DNA from: Alphaproteobacteria bacterium
Lineage (GTDB): Bacteria > Pseudomonadota > Alphaproteobacteria > UBA828
NCBI GenBank assembly: GCA_965243375.1
Contig: CBDEUT010000006.1
Span: 64,131-128,130 of the forward strand
Reading direction: 5' to 3'
DNA: 64,000 nucleotides
In this document: one piece after another, positions 27,105 to 35,202 of the stretch
Layout: every line of letters begins with the position of its first letter
Numbering within the stretch: the stretch's first letter is position 1
The notes under the pieces: generated by a model
The model's database searches: none
What the model was told of the DNA's origin: nothing
What the model saw: the letters and a program-made list of their open reading frames with translations, nothing else
Program-made: the position numbers and the translations under genes

Positions 27105-27407
27105 ATGAACGATTCCAGCAACGAGCCGGTCACCGACGATTCCGACAACAAGCTGATCGCCGATCTGGCGACAGGCTTGATGTTGGCCGTGGCCGCAACC
27201 GGCGCCCTGAAGGGAGCCAACGCCGAGACCAAAGAGTACGCGGGAGAGGTTCTGGAAAGCGAGTTGGCGAAGTTTCGTGAGGGCGAAGGGGAGTACGGCG
27301 TCAACCATGAGCGCGTCGACGCGGGCAGCATGAGCGTGGCGGATTCGCTCGCCACGTTGGTCGCCAATTGCACCGAGAAGATCGCCCTCTTCAAGGTGCC
27401 TGCCTGA
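27105..27407 (+). CDS. small acidic hypothetical protein
   Basis: 100 aa with a good Shine-Dalgarno (AAGGAGAGAGATAC ATG). 3' end overlaps the IS5 remnant. Confidence 0.4.
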   Translation: MNDSSNEPVTDDSDNKLIADLATGLMLAVAATGALKGANAETKEYAGEVLESELAKFREGEGEYGVNHERVDAGSMSVADSLATLVANCTEKIALFKVPA

Positions 27408-27880
27408 ACGAGCGTGCGCGCCATTCGCCATCATTTTGATCATGGCGACGTAGTTGGCGGCGAGTTTCCCGTAGCGTGTTGCGATGCGCCGGAGCTGTTT
27501 GAGTGTGTTGAAGAAACGCTCGACCAGGTTGCGCATGCGGTAGAGCACACGGCTGAAGGCATGGGGCGTCTTGGCGCTGCCGCGGTCGGGGATGATCGGG
27601 ACCGCATCCTGGGCCTCGATCATTGCCCTCATCCATTCCGCGTCATAGGCCTTGTCGGCGAGCACGAAGCAATCTGGCGGCAGGCGATCGTCGAGCAAAG
27701 CTCCGGCAGGCTTGCTGTCGTGGGCCTGGCCTGGACTCAAGGCGAAGCGGAGCGGCAGGCCGCTGGTGTCGCGCGGCCACGCGCGCGGAGCGCACGATGA
27801 CCACGGTATGGGACTTCGTCGTCAGTCCGCCTCGAGAACGACTGTTATTCGGCGACCAACCCTGATCCCTCTGAATCACA
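27390..27880 (-). mobile_element. IS5-family (IS427-group) transposase remnant, 5'-truncated and frameshifted
   Basis: ...RGGLTTKSHTVV then frameshift ...SPGQAHDSKPAGALLDDRLPPDCFVLADKAYDAEWMRAMIEAQDAVPIIPDRGSAKTPHAFSRVLYRMRNLVERFFNTLKQLRRIATRYGKLAANYVAMIKMMA, typical of IS427-group transposases. The N-terminal roughly 100 aa are absent. Confidence 0.7.
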
Positions 27881-28292
27881 TAAAATCACCGGGTTGCCTT
27901 GCCGATCGGCGTCCAATCGACGTGCCGATCAACACCTTTCGGCGGCGTTCGTGGAGTATGCCCGTCGCGATGTCGCTGCAATTTTGTCAGCCGTCGCGGC
28001 TGCGCAGTCCGGTGCAGTTGTCCATTTCGGCTTGCGCGGGGGCACATCGGTCGCGACGCCCGAAACGACTTCCTGACCGTTGTGCAGCTTCGTACGTCAC
28101 TGTCGAATGGTCAAAACCAACCTGCCCCGCAGTCTGACGCGATCACGAACAATCGGACATACGGGAACGTGATTCTGCGCGAGCCGGGCGACCGGCCGGG
28201 GCGGAGATGCTTGGCGCCTGCCGCTCTGAACCCCGTCCGCAGATGGCGGCATGGACGAATCGTCACTCCAGGATTTCAAGCGGGAATGGATC

Positions 28293-29396
28293 ATGGTGAA
28301 GGGAACCGGCTACAAGACTCTCTGCGCTGCGGTTGCAGGCGGGAACCGGGACACGCTGCAGCTGGCTGCGGCGGCGGACCCGGAAGCGGCCCGGCATTGG
28401 AAGCCCGTCATGGACGCCGCATTCGCCGGGCGCGCGGACATGATCGAGGCGCTTCTGGATGTGGGGGCCGATCCGAATGCGATCGCCGGTTCGTCCAACC
28501 GTCACACGCCGTTGGTACGGGCGATTCAGCCACACGCAAGCATTCCGAAACACGCCGGTCACGGCGCGGCCGTGGACCTACTGTTGGCCCGAGGCGCGGA
28601 TCCGGACCTGGCCGCCGGTCCCCATGGCATGCCGCCGCTGGCCTACGCCGCGATGGGCGGTTTCCAGGGGTTCTTGACGAAGCTGCTCGATGCCGGTGCG
28701 GCCGTCGACATCTACGGTGCGGCCATGCTCTACGACCTGGAAGCCTTGCAGGGCGAGATCGCTCGCGTAGGCGTCAATTGCCCGGACGGACGCGGACGAA
28801 CGGCACTCCATTACCTCGCCTGGTCCGGCATGTGGAAGCTGCCCCACATCGGATCGGCTCCCGCGCTGGATTGCCTCAACCTGCTGATCGAGGCTGGCGC
28901 GGACGTCAACCTCCACGAGACAATCGTCGACGGGGACGAGTTATTCGAAGCGACGGCGCTCTGGCGAGCCACTGCGTGGCAGAAACACACTGCGCTGGTT
29001 TACGCCTTGCTCGAGGCCGGGGCGCTCCCGGCGCAAACGGTGTTCGGTGCCGCCTTCGCCGGTGACGAGGAGGTCCTCGCCGCGCTCGACGCCTTCGGTG
29101 CCGACTGGAACCTGCGGTTGAACGGAAGGACACCTCTCCTTGACCTCATGCACTTCCGGAAGCCGGGCGCTGTCCCCTGGCTGCTGCGACACGGCGCCGA
29201 TTCTTGTGCGAGAGACCGGGAGGGGCGAACCGCACTGCACCTCGGCGCACTGCAGGGCGTGAGGGTCGCCTACCTCCAAGCCCTGGTGGCCCATGGAGCC
29301 GATCCGCGACAGCGCGACAACTCCGGGCAGACCGCACTCGATCTTGCGCGCCGGAAGCGTCATGGCAGGACCATCGCCTGGCTTGAGGGCCTGTAA
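28293..29396 (+). CDS. ankyrin-repeat protein
   Basis: At least 6 ankyrin repeats (GADPNA..., TPLxxAxxxGHxxxVxxLLxxGAD). An alternative upstream start lies at 28251. Confidence 0.8.
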   Translation: MVKGTGYKTLCAAVAGGNRDTLQLAAAADPEAARHWKPVMDAAFAGRADMIEALLDVGADPNAIAGSSNRHTPLVRAIQPHASIPKHAGHGAAVDLLLARGADPDLAAGPHGMPPLAYAAMGGFQGFLTKLLDAGAAVDIYGAAMLYDLEALQGEIARVGVNCPDGRGRTALHYLAWSGMWKLPHIGSAPALDCLNLLIEAGADVNLHETIVDGDELFEATALWRATAWQKHTALVYALLEAGALPAQTVFGAAFAGDEEVLAALDAFGADWNLRLNGRTPLLDLMHFRKPGAVPWLLRHGADSCARDREGRTALHLGALQGVRVAYLQALVAHGADPRQRDNSGQTALDLARRKRHGRTIAWLEGL

Positions 29397-29654
29397 AACG
29401 TGATCTCCATGCTGTTTGTCCGCAGCGTCGAAGCCTCGGGGAAGCCTACCCCTTGCCTGCCGACGACGAACTGTGCGGCGCCTGTCTGCACGAGCTGCAG
29501 AATCTTGCAGCCGGGAACCGCGGCGAACCGTCGTTCGCCCTCGGGCTCGGCGGGTTCGAGACCCGGCGCTGCTGGGCGCTCGCCCGGCCCACGCCTGTCA
29601 ATCGGCTTCGAAGATTGATCCCCGATAGGAATGGGCCCATGGGGTCGGACAGTT

Positions 29655-29919
29655 TCATGGGGCGTTTTTGACCGGGGTGCGGGAGTGTTCCACCTCGAAG
29701 CGGTTGGGACTGAGATAGCCGAGAGCCGGGTGTAGGCGTCTCTCATTATGGATGTCGATGAAGCTTGGCAGGTGGAAGGCGACATCCTCCGCGCTCTCGA
29801 AGGCCATGGGATAGACAACCTGGACCTTCAGCGTCTTCATGAAACTCTCGAACATGGCGTTGTCGCAGGGGTTGCCGCGCCGCGCCATCGAGCCGATCAG
29901 GCCACGGTCGTGTAGCAGG
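29655..29919 (-). pseudogene. IS3-family transposase OrfB C-terminal fragment, interrupted by transposon copy B (continues at 34300-34341)
   Basis: ...SMARRGNPCDNAMFESFMKTLK...LGYLSPNRFE is the IS3 OrfB C-terminus. Rejoining across copy B gives DRDSQYAAQAYRSLLHDRGLIGSMARRGNPCDNA, continuous through the 4-bp duplication CAGG. Confidence 0.7.
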
Positions 29920-30113
29920 TGTTGTCTCGCGGTTTAGCCCGATAGGAACTCGGGTTTTTTTCCCACATTGGGCTGCCGGTGAATTCCCCGGGATTGTGGC
30001 CGAGCGTGGGATGGGTGGACCTGGCGGCTTTGCGTCGCCGGGGCGGTTTCGTAGTCTCGGACTGACGAGGAACAACAAGGAAGAGGCCCGCACGGGCTGA
30101 TCCCCGCCGGGCC

Positions 30114-30758
30114 ATGGCCGGTTTGCAGCTTCGTTACGAGACGGGGCTTACCGGCGAGGAATACGTTAAGACCGAGGCGTGGCGCGAGGCAAGGCTTGAG
30201 CGCTGCCCGAATCACCCGCACGGCGGATGTTCCGTGGGCAGCCACGGCACCTACGGGCGGAAGACCCCGCCCGGTGCGAAGGTTCCCCGCTGGTATTGCC
30301 GTGAGAGCCATACGACGATCAGCATGCTGGCCGACTGCCTGTCGTCGCGGCTGCCGGGCACGCTCGACGATCTGGAAGCGGTTGTTGTGGCGGCGGAGAA
30401 AGCCGGCAGCCTGGAGGAGGCAGCGAACGAGGTGCGCTGCCCCGAGGACGAAGACGCGATCGAGCTTCCCGGCGCGATGCGCTGGGTGCGCCACCGGCTT
30501 CGCCTGGTCCACAACGTTCTTGTCCGTGTCATCGGCCTGATCCCCGACCGGCTGGCGGGCTGCGCGGCCACCATGGTGGCGGTTCGCGAGCGTCTCAACA
30601 GCGACAGCGCCTTGATGGCGCTGCGTGGCCTGGTGTCTGAGCAACTGCAGATGCTGCCCGCCCCATTGGGCTTCCAACCCCACGGAATCGGCACGATGAG
30701 TCGCAAGGCGGGCTTCCAACACTCGATGGGGCCTGATCCCCCTCCGGCGGCGGCGTAG
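30114..30758 (+). CDS. Cys/His-rich hypothetical protein (transposon gene 1)
   Basis: Identical to 7028-7672. Confidence 0.55.
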   Translation: MAGLQLRYETGLTGEEYVKTEAWREARLERCPNHPHGGCSVGSHGTYGRKTPPGAKVPRWYCRESHTTISMLADCLSSRLPGTLDDLEAVVVAAEKAGSLEEAANEVRCPEDEDAIELPGAMRWVRHRLRLVHNVLVRVIGLIPDRLAGCAATMVAVRERLNSDSALMALRGLVSEQLQMLPAPLGFQPHGIGTMSRKAGFQHSMGPDPPPAAA

Positions 30759-30762
30759 CGTC

Positions 30763-32124
30763 ATGGTCCCGGGGCCGAAGAGCCCCAGCAACGAGGACCA
30801 TGACATGAAGGAATCCGACGACGACCTTCGCCAGGCGATCGCGCTGTTCCGATACGGCGTCATCGCCGATCTGGTGCATCTGCCGATGGGCGCCAAGGGC
30901 GTCGGCGACAAGCTTCGCGAGAAGGCGAGCCAGACCTATGCCATCCCCGGAACCGACCGGACCCGTGTCGCCGCCGACACCATGCGGGACTGGATCAGGC
31001 ATTATCGCGATGGCGGCTTCGAGGCGCTCTACCCCAGACCACGTAGCGACCGCGGGAAGCCCCGGCGGCTGCCGGCCGAGGTCGCCGAGCGCCTGGTCAC
31101 GCTGAAGGTCGACAACCCGACCTGGCCGGTGCGCGCGATCATCCGCGCGGCCGTCGAGGAGGGCATCGATCACCCGCTCGCTCCATCCACCGTGCACCGG
31201 CTGCTGAGCCGCGAGGGGCTGTTCGACGGCAAGCCGCCGGACGGCGCCGACCGCCGCCGCTTCGCCTTCCGGGACGCCGGCGAGCTGTGGATGAGCGACG
31301 TCATGCACGGGCCGAAGGTCCGGCACGGCCGGAGCCGACGCAAGACCTACCTGATCGCCTTCATCGACGACGCCACCCGGGTCGTGCCCTTCGCCGCCTT
31401 CGCCATGGCCGAGAGCGTCCAGGCCTTCCTGCCCGTGTTCAAGAACGCGCTGATCCGCCGCGGCCTGCCGCAGCGCCTCTATGTCGACAACGGCGCCGCC
31501 TACCGCTCCCGCCAGCTCGCCCTGATCTGCGCGAAGCTGGGCATCGTGCTGGTGCATGCCAGGCCGTATCAACCAGCGGGAAAGGGCAAGATCGAACGGT
31601 GGTTCAGAACGCTTCGCGCCGGCTGGCTCGCCCATCTCGATGCGCCGGTCCTGGACAGCCTCCAGACGCTCAACCGCAGCCTGTGGGCGTGGATCGAGGG
31701 CGAGTATCACAACAGTCCGCATCGCGGCCTTGAGGGGCGCACCCCGCTCGAGCAATGGGCACTCGCCTCGGCCGCGGTCCGCTACCCCGACGCCACGCTG
31801 GACCTCGACGATATCTTCCTCTTCGAGGCCAAGCGGCTGGTCCACAAGGACCGCACCGTCAGCCTGAACGGCCGCGTCTACGAGGTCGACGCCCTGCTGG
31901 TCGGCCACAGGGTGGTGCTGCGCTACGACCCGGATGCGCCGCCGTCGCGGCCGCTCGGCGTGGTGCACGACGGCAAGCCTGTCGGCCAGGCAACCCGCCT
32001 CGACGCCTACGCCAACACCGCGGTGAAGCGCGGCCACTACTCCAAGAAGATCGAACCCGACGACCCGGCCCCAGAGCCGCCGCCCTCGCCGCTCAAGATG
32101 CGCAAGTTCAAGGAGGACGACTGA
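30763..32124 (+). CDS. DDE transposase, Mu/Tn552/TniA-like
   Basis: Identical to 5662-7023; an alternative start lies at 30802. Confidence 0.8.
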   Translation: MVPGPKSPSNEDHDMKESDDDLRQAIALFRYGVIADLVHLPMGAKGVGDKLREKASQTYAIPGTDRTRVAADTMRDWIRHYRDGGFEALYPRPRSDRGKPRRLPAEVAERLVTLKVDNPTWPVRAIIRAAVEEGIDHPLAPSTVHRLLSREGLFDGKPPDGADRRRFAFRDAGELWMSDVMHGPKVRHGRSRRKTYLIAFIDDATRVVPFAAFAMAESVQAFLPVFKNALIRRGLPQRLYVDNGAAYRSRQLALICAKLGIVLVHARPYQPAGKGKIERWFRTLRAGWLAHLDAPVLDSLQTLNRSLWAWIEGEYHNSPHRGLEGRTPLEQWALASAAVRYPDATLDLDDIFLFEAKRLVHKDRTVSLNGRVYEVDALLVGHRVVLRYDPDAPPSRPLGVVHDGKPVGQATRLDAYANTAVKRGHYSKKIEPDDPAPEPPPSPLKMRKFKEDD

Positions 32125-32924
32125 TGTACCAGCGCCACTTCGCCTTCACCCGCATGCCCTTCGAGACCGTGGCGGAGACCGACGAGCTGTTCGAATCCAG
32201 CGCGCGCCGCGAGGCCGAGGCCCGGCTCGGCCACCTCATCGAGCTCAAGGGCATCGGCATGCTCACCGGTGAGGTCGGTGCCGGCAAGACAACCGTGTGC
32301 CGGCATCTTACCGCCCAGCTCCACCCCGGCCTGTTCCGAGTCCACTACGTCTCGCTGACCACCGGCAACGTGCTCGACATGTACAAGTCCATCGCCTGGG
32401 AGATCGGCATCACCGTCGAGCGCTCGCGATCCTCGGCCCACCACGCGATCAGGACCGAGATCTCGCGCCTCGCGACCGAGGCCAGGCAGTTCCCGGTGCT
32501 GGTCGTCGACGAGGCCCATCATCTGCGCAACGACGTGCTGGAGGACCTCCGCCTGCTGACCAACTTCGCGATGGACTCCGAGAACCGCATGTGCCTGATC
32601 CTGGTCGGGCTGACCGAGCTCAGGCGGCGGCTGTCGATGGCGGTGCACGAATCGCTCTCCCAGCGCGTCGTCGTCCGCCACCACCTCACCGGCCTCGACC
32701 GCGACGAGGTCGAGGCCTATCTGACCCACCGCCTGCGCCTCGCCGGATGCGAGCTGCCGCTGTTCGAGGACGCCGCCGTCGAGGCCCTGTTCCAGGGAAC
32801 CCGCGGCCTGCCGCGCCAGGTCAACCGCCTCGCCCACTACGCGCTGTCGGCCGCCGCCCTGGAGAAGGCGAAGACGGTCAACGCCGGCCACCTCCAGAAT
32901 GCCATCGAGGAGCTCAAGCCGTGA
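32124..32924 (+). CDS. TniB/MuB-like AAA+ ATPase
   Basis: Identical to 4862-5662. ATG at 32124 overlaps the TGA of the transposase gene. Confidence 0.75.
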   Translation: MYQRHFAFTRMPFETVAETDELFESSARREAEARLGHLIELKGIGMLTGEVGAGKTTVCRHLTAQLHPGLFRVHYVSLTTGNVLDMYKSIAWEIGITVERSRSSAHHAIRTEISRLATEARQFPVLVVDEAHHLRNDVLEDLRLLTNFAMDSENRMCLILVGLTELRRRLSMAVHESLSQRVVVRHHLTGLDRDEVEAYLTHRLRLAGCELPLFEDAAVEALFQGTRGLPRQVNRLAHYALSAAALEKAKTVNAGHLQNAIEELKP

Positions 32925-33973
32925 CCGGCACCGGGGACGCGGCGGCGAACGGCTTCCCGACGCGGGCGCCGGTGGAGCTGGAGGACCGGCCGCGCCAGCA
33001 GCAGTGGCTCATCGACGGGCTGTGGGGGCGCCAGGCGGTCGGCATCGTCGGCGGCGAGCCCAAGTGCGGCAAGTCCTTCCTGGCGCTCGACCTCGCCGTC
33101 GCGGTCGCCGCCGGCGTCCCCTGCCTGCGCCGCTTCGCCGCCGACGAGCCAGGACCCGTCCTGCTGTTCGCCGCCGAGGACGCCGGCCACATCGTGCGTG
33201 CCCGGCTCCAGGGTATCGCGAGCGCCGCAGGCGCCCGGTTCGAGAGCCTCGACATCGCAGTCATCGACGTGCCCGCGCTGCGCCTCGATCATCGCGCCGA
33301 CCGCCGGCGGCTGGTCGAGACGGTGCAACGCATCCGGCCCCGCCTCGTCGTCCTCGACCCCCTGGTCCGGCTGCACGGCGTCGACGAGAACACCGTCGCC
33401 GAGGTCGCCCCCATCCTCGGCTTCCTACGCGACATCCAGCGCCGCTTCGGAGCCGCCGTCCTGCTCGTCCACCACGCCCGCAAGAGCGGCGCCACAAGGC
33501 CCGGCCAGGCCCTGCGCGGAAGCTCGGAACTGCACGCGTGGGGCGATTCGAATCTCTACCTGCGCCGACGCGACAGGCAGATCGTCATGACCGTCGAGCA
33601 CCGCGCCGCCCCCGGCCTCAATGACATCGAGATCGAACTCGCCGATGACGGCAAGGGGCCCGCGCTGCGCCTCCGCCAAGTGGATACTGCCGAGGCCGCG
33701 CCCGAGCCCGAAACCGCCGAACGGCGCATCCTCAAGGCGCTCGCCGAAGCCGGGACGCCGCTGTCGCAGCGCCAGATCCGCGAACGCGCCGCGACCCGGC
33801 ACAAGACCGTCGGCGTCGTCCTCAAAAAGCTCGTCCGCGAAGGACGCGTCCGGCACGACGCCGAGGGGCACTACGGCCTCGCCGCGGGCCAGGCCGAAAA
33901 GGCCTCCCCGGCCGCCAACGGCAGCCACCCCGACAACGCCCGGTTCCCGGTTCCCGGTTCCGCCCATCCCTAG
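32921..33973 (+). CDS. RecA-fold AAA_25 ATPase with winged helix (transposon gene 4)
   Basis: Identical to 3813-4865. GTG start overlaps the upstream stop codon. Confidence 0.7.
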   Translation: MTGTGDAAANGFPTRAPVELEDRPRQQQWLIDGLWGRQAVGIVGGEPKCGKSFLALDLAVAVAAGVPCLRRFAADEPGPVLLFAAEDAGHIVRARLQGIASAAGARFESLDIAVIDVPALRLDHRADRRRLVETVQRIRPRLVVLDPLVRLHGVDENTVAEVAPILGFLRDIQRRFGAAVLLVHHARKSGATRPGQALRGSSELHAWGDSNLYLRRRDRQIVMTVEHRAAPGLNDIEIELADDGKGPALRLRQVDTAEAAPEPETAERRILKALAEAGTPLSQRQIRERAATRHKTVGVVLKKLVREGRVRHDAEGHYGLAAGQAEKASPAANGSHPDNARFPVPGSAHP

Positions 33974-34299
33974 GGGTTCGAGGGGGAACCGCTCACGGGA
34001 ACCACCCTCGCAAACCGCTCGTCAGGCTCCGGCCACGACAAGGCGTCGAGCGATCGGCCCATGGCCGAAAGCTCCGCTTACGGCCATGGATGCACTCAGT
34101 CGGGCGGACGGCGGCGGGTCACCCGAAGGGCCGTAGCGCAGCGAAGGAGCCGCGTAGCGGCTTGACGCGCCGACGGCCGGCCGACACCCCCCCACCCCCT
34201 CTCTTCCTTCCGACAATGACCAAACAGCGTGGGAAATCCGCCTCGCCGCCGCGCGAAATAATCCGGCAAATCTGCGGTCAGCTAATCTGGGAAACAACA

Positions 34300-34731
34300 C
34301 AGGGACCGATAGGCTTGGGCGGCGTATTGCGAATCCCTGTCTGTGAGATTGAGCAGATCCGACGCGAAGCGCCGGCGGGTGTCCGGGCCTGCCGCGCAGA
34401 GCCCGCTGTCGTGAGCCTCGGAGACGGCGACGATGTGCTCGATATCGGACTCACGAATGCTCCGGAAATGCCGCCCCGTGTAGGGCCCGTAAACGTGTTC
34501 GCCCATGGCGGCGACGATCTTGCGCTCGACCGAGCGCGGATAGGGGTAGTGGGTCCGGTCGTAGGGCGCGCAGCGGTGCTCGGGCGCGACGATGAGGCCG
34601 TTCCAGGTTTCGGCGCCCAGCGCCGGGGGGTGAACGGCGAGGCTGGCCGCGACGACGGCAGCAGCGAGCGCGAGGGCGCCAAAGGGGATCGCCGCCGGGC
34701 GCTGCCGGGGCGGGGTCGATCTTCCTGTCAT
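34300..34731 (-). pseudogene. secreted His-Me finger (DUF1524/GmrSD C-terminal-like) nuclease gene, 3' end replaced by an IS3 remnant (34300-34341) that is itself cut by transposon copy B
   Basis: Signal peptide AIPFGALALAAAVVAASLA. The ...YGPYTG...DIEHIVAVSEAHDSGL...RRRFASDLLNLT motif is typical of DUF1524 nucleases. From DRDSQY onward the frame is IS3 OrfB. Confidence 0.55.
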
Positions 34732-34848
34732 GGCGATATCCTTCCCGCGACGAGCGGATCGAATGATCCGTACGCGGGGCGCGAAGCGTCTATCGACTTC
34801 TGCTCGCGATGGTTTGAGAATTTCTAAGTGCAGGAGCCGGAGGCGGTG

Positions 34849-35109
34849 TCAGTGGAGCGGCTCGCCGCCCCGGGCGGCGGCCATGGAGCGGGCAACCAGC
34901 CTGCTCCACGCCTCGCGGTCGAGACCGAGGCGGCGGTTCAGGCGGTCGCACAGCCGCTCCGCATCGTCGAGCGACAAGGCTACGAGCGCGGTGGGGATGT
35001 AGCCGTCGATCCCCTCGAAGACGATGCGGATCTGCTGCGGCTGGTCGGGGAGGTCGTATTCGGGCGAGAAAGCGAAGACCGGCTCGTCGGGAAGCTCGTG
35101 CGTGGTCAT
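34849..35109 (-). CDS. hypothetical small protein
   Basis: 86-aa ORF immediately downstream of the 1511-aa gene on the same strand. No family recognised. Confidence 0.35.
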   Translation of the reverse strand: MTTHELPDEPVFAFSPEYDLPDQPQQIRIVFEGIDGYIPTALVALSLDDAERLCDRLNRRLGLDREAWSRLVARSMAAARGGEPLH

Positions 35110-35202
35110 CGAAGGTATCCTCGTTGCGGTGGGGCGGAGCCGCCCGCGCGGAGGCGGGCGGCAAGGTGCGCCGGCGGTGGGAACGACGCCGGAGGCGGGC
35201 GG

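Larger units (their letters stand above)
29920..34299 (+). mobile_element. four-gene transposon, copy B (identical to copy A, inverted), 4-bp duplication CAGG
   Basis: CAGG at 29916-29919 and 34300-34303. The flanking IS3 OrfB reading frame is restored when the element and one CAGG are removed. Confidence 0.85.

Noticed and set aside
34342-34731. Calling a complete secreted DUF1524 nuclease gene
   Set aside because: The frame switches into IS3 OrfB sequence at residue 131 and then into the transposon end, so the native C-terminus is gone.
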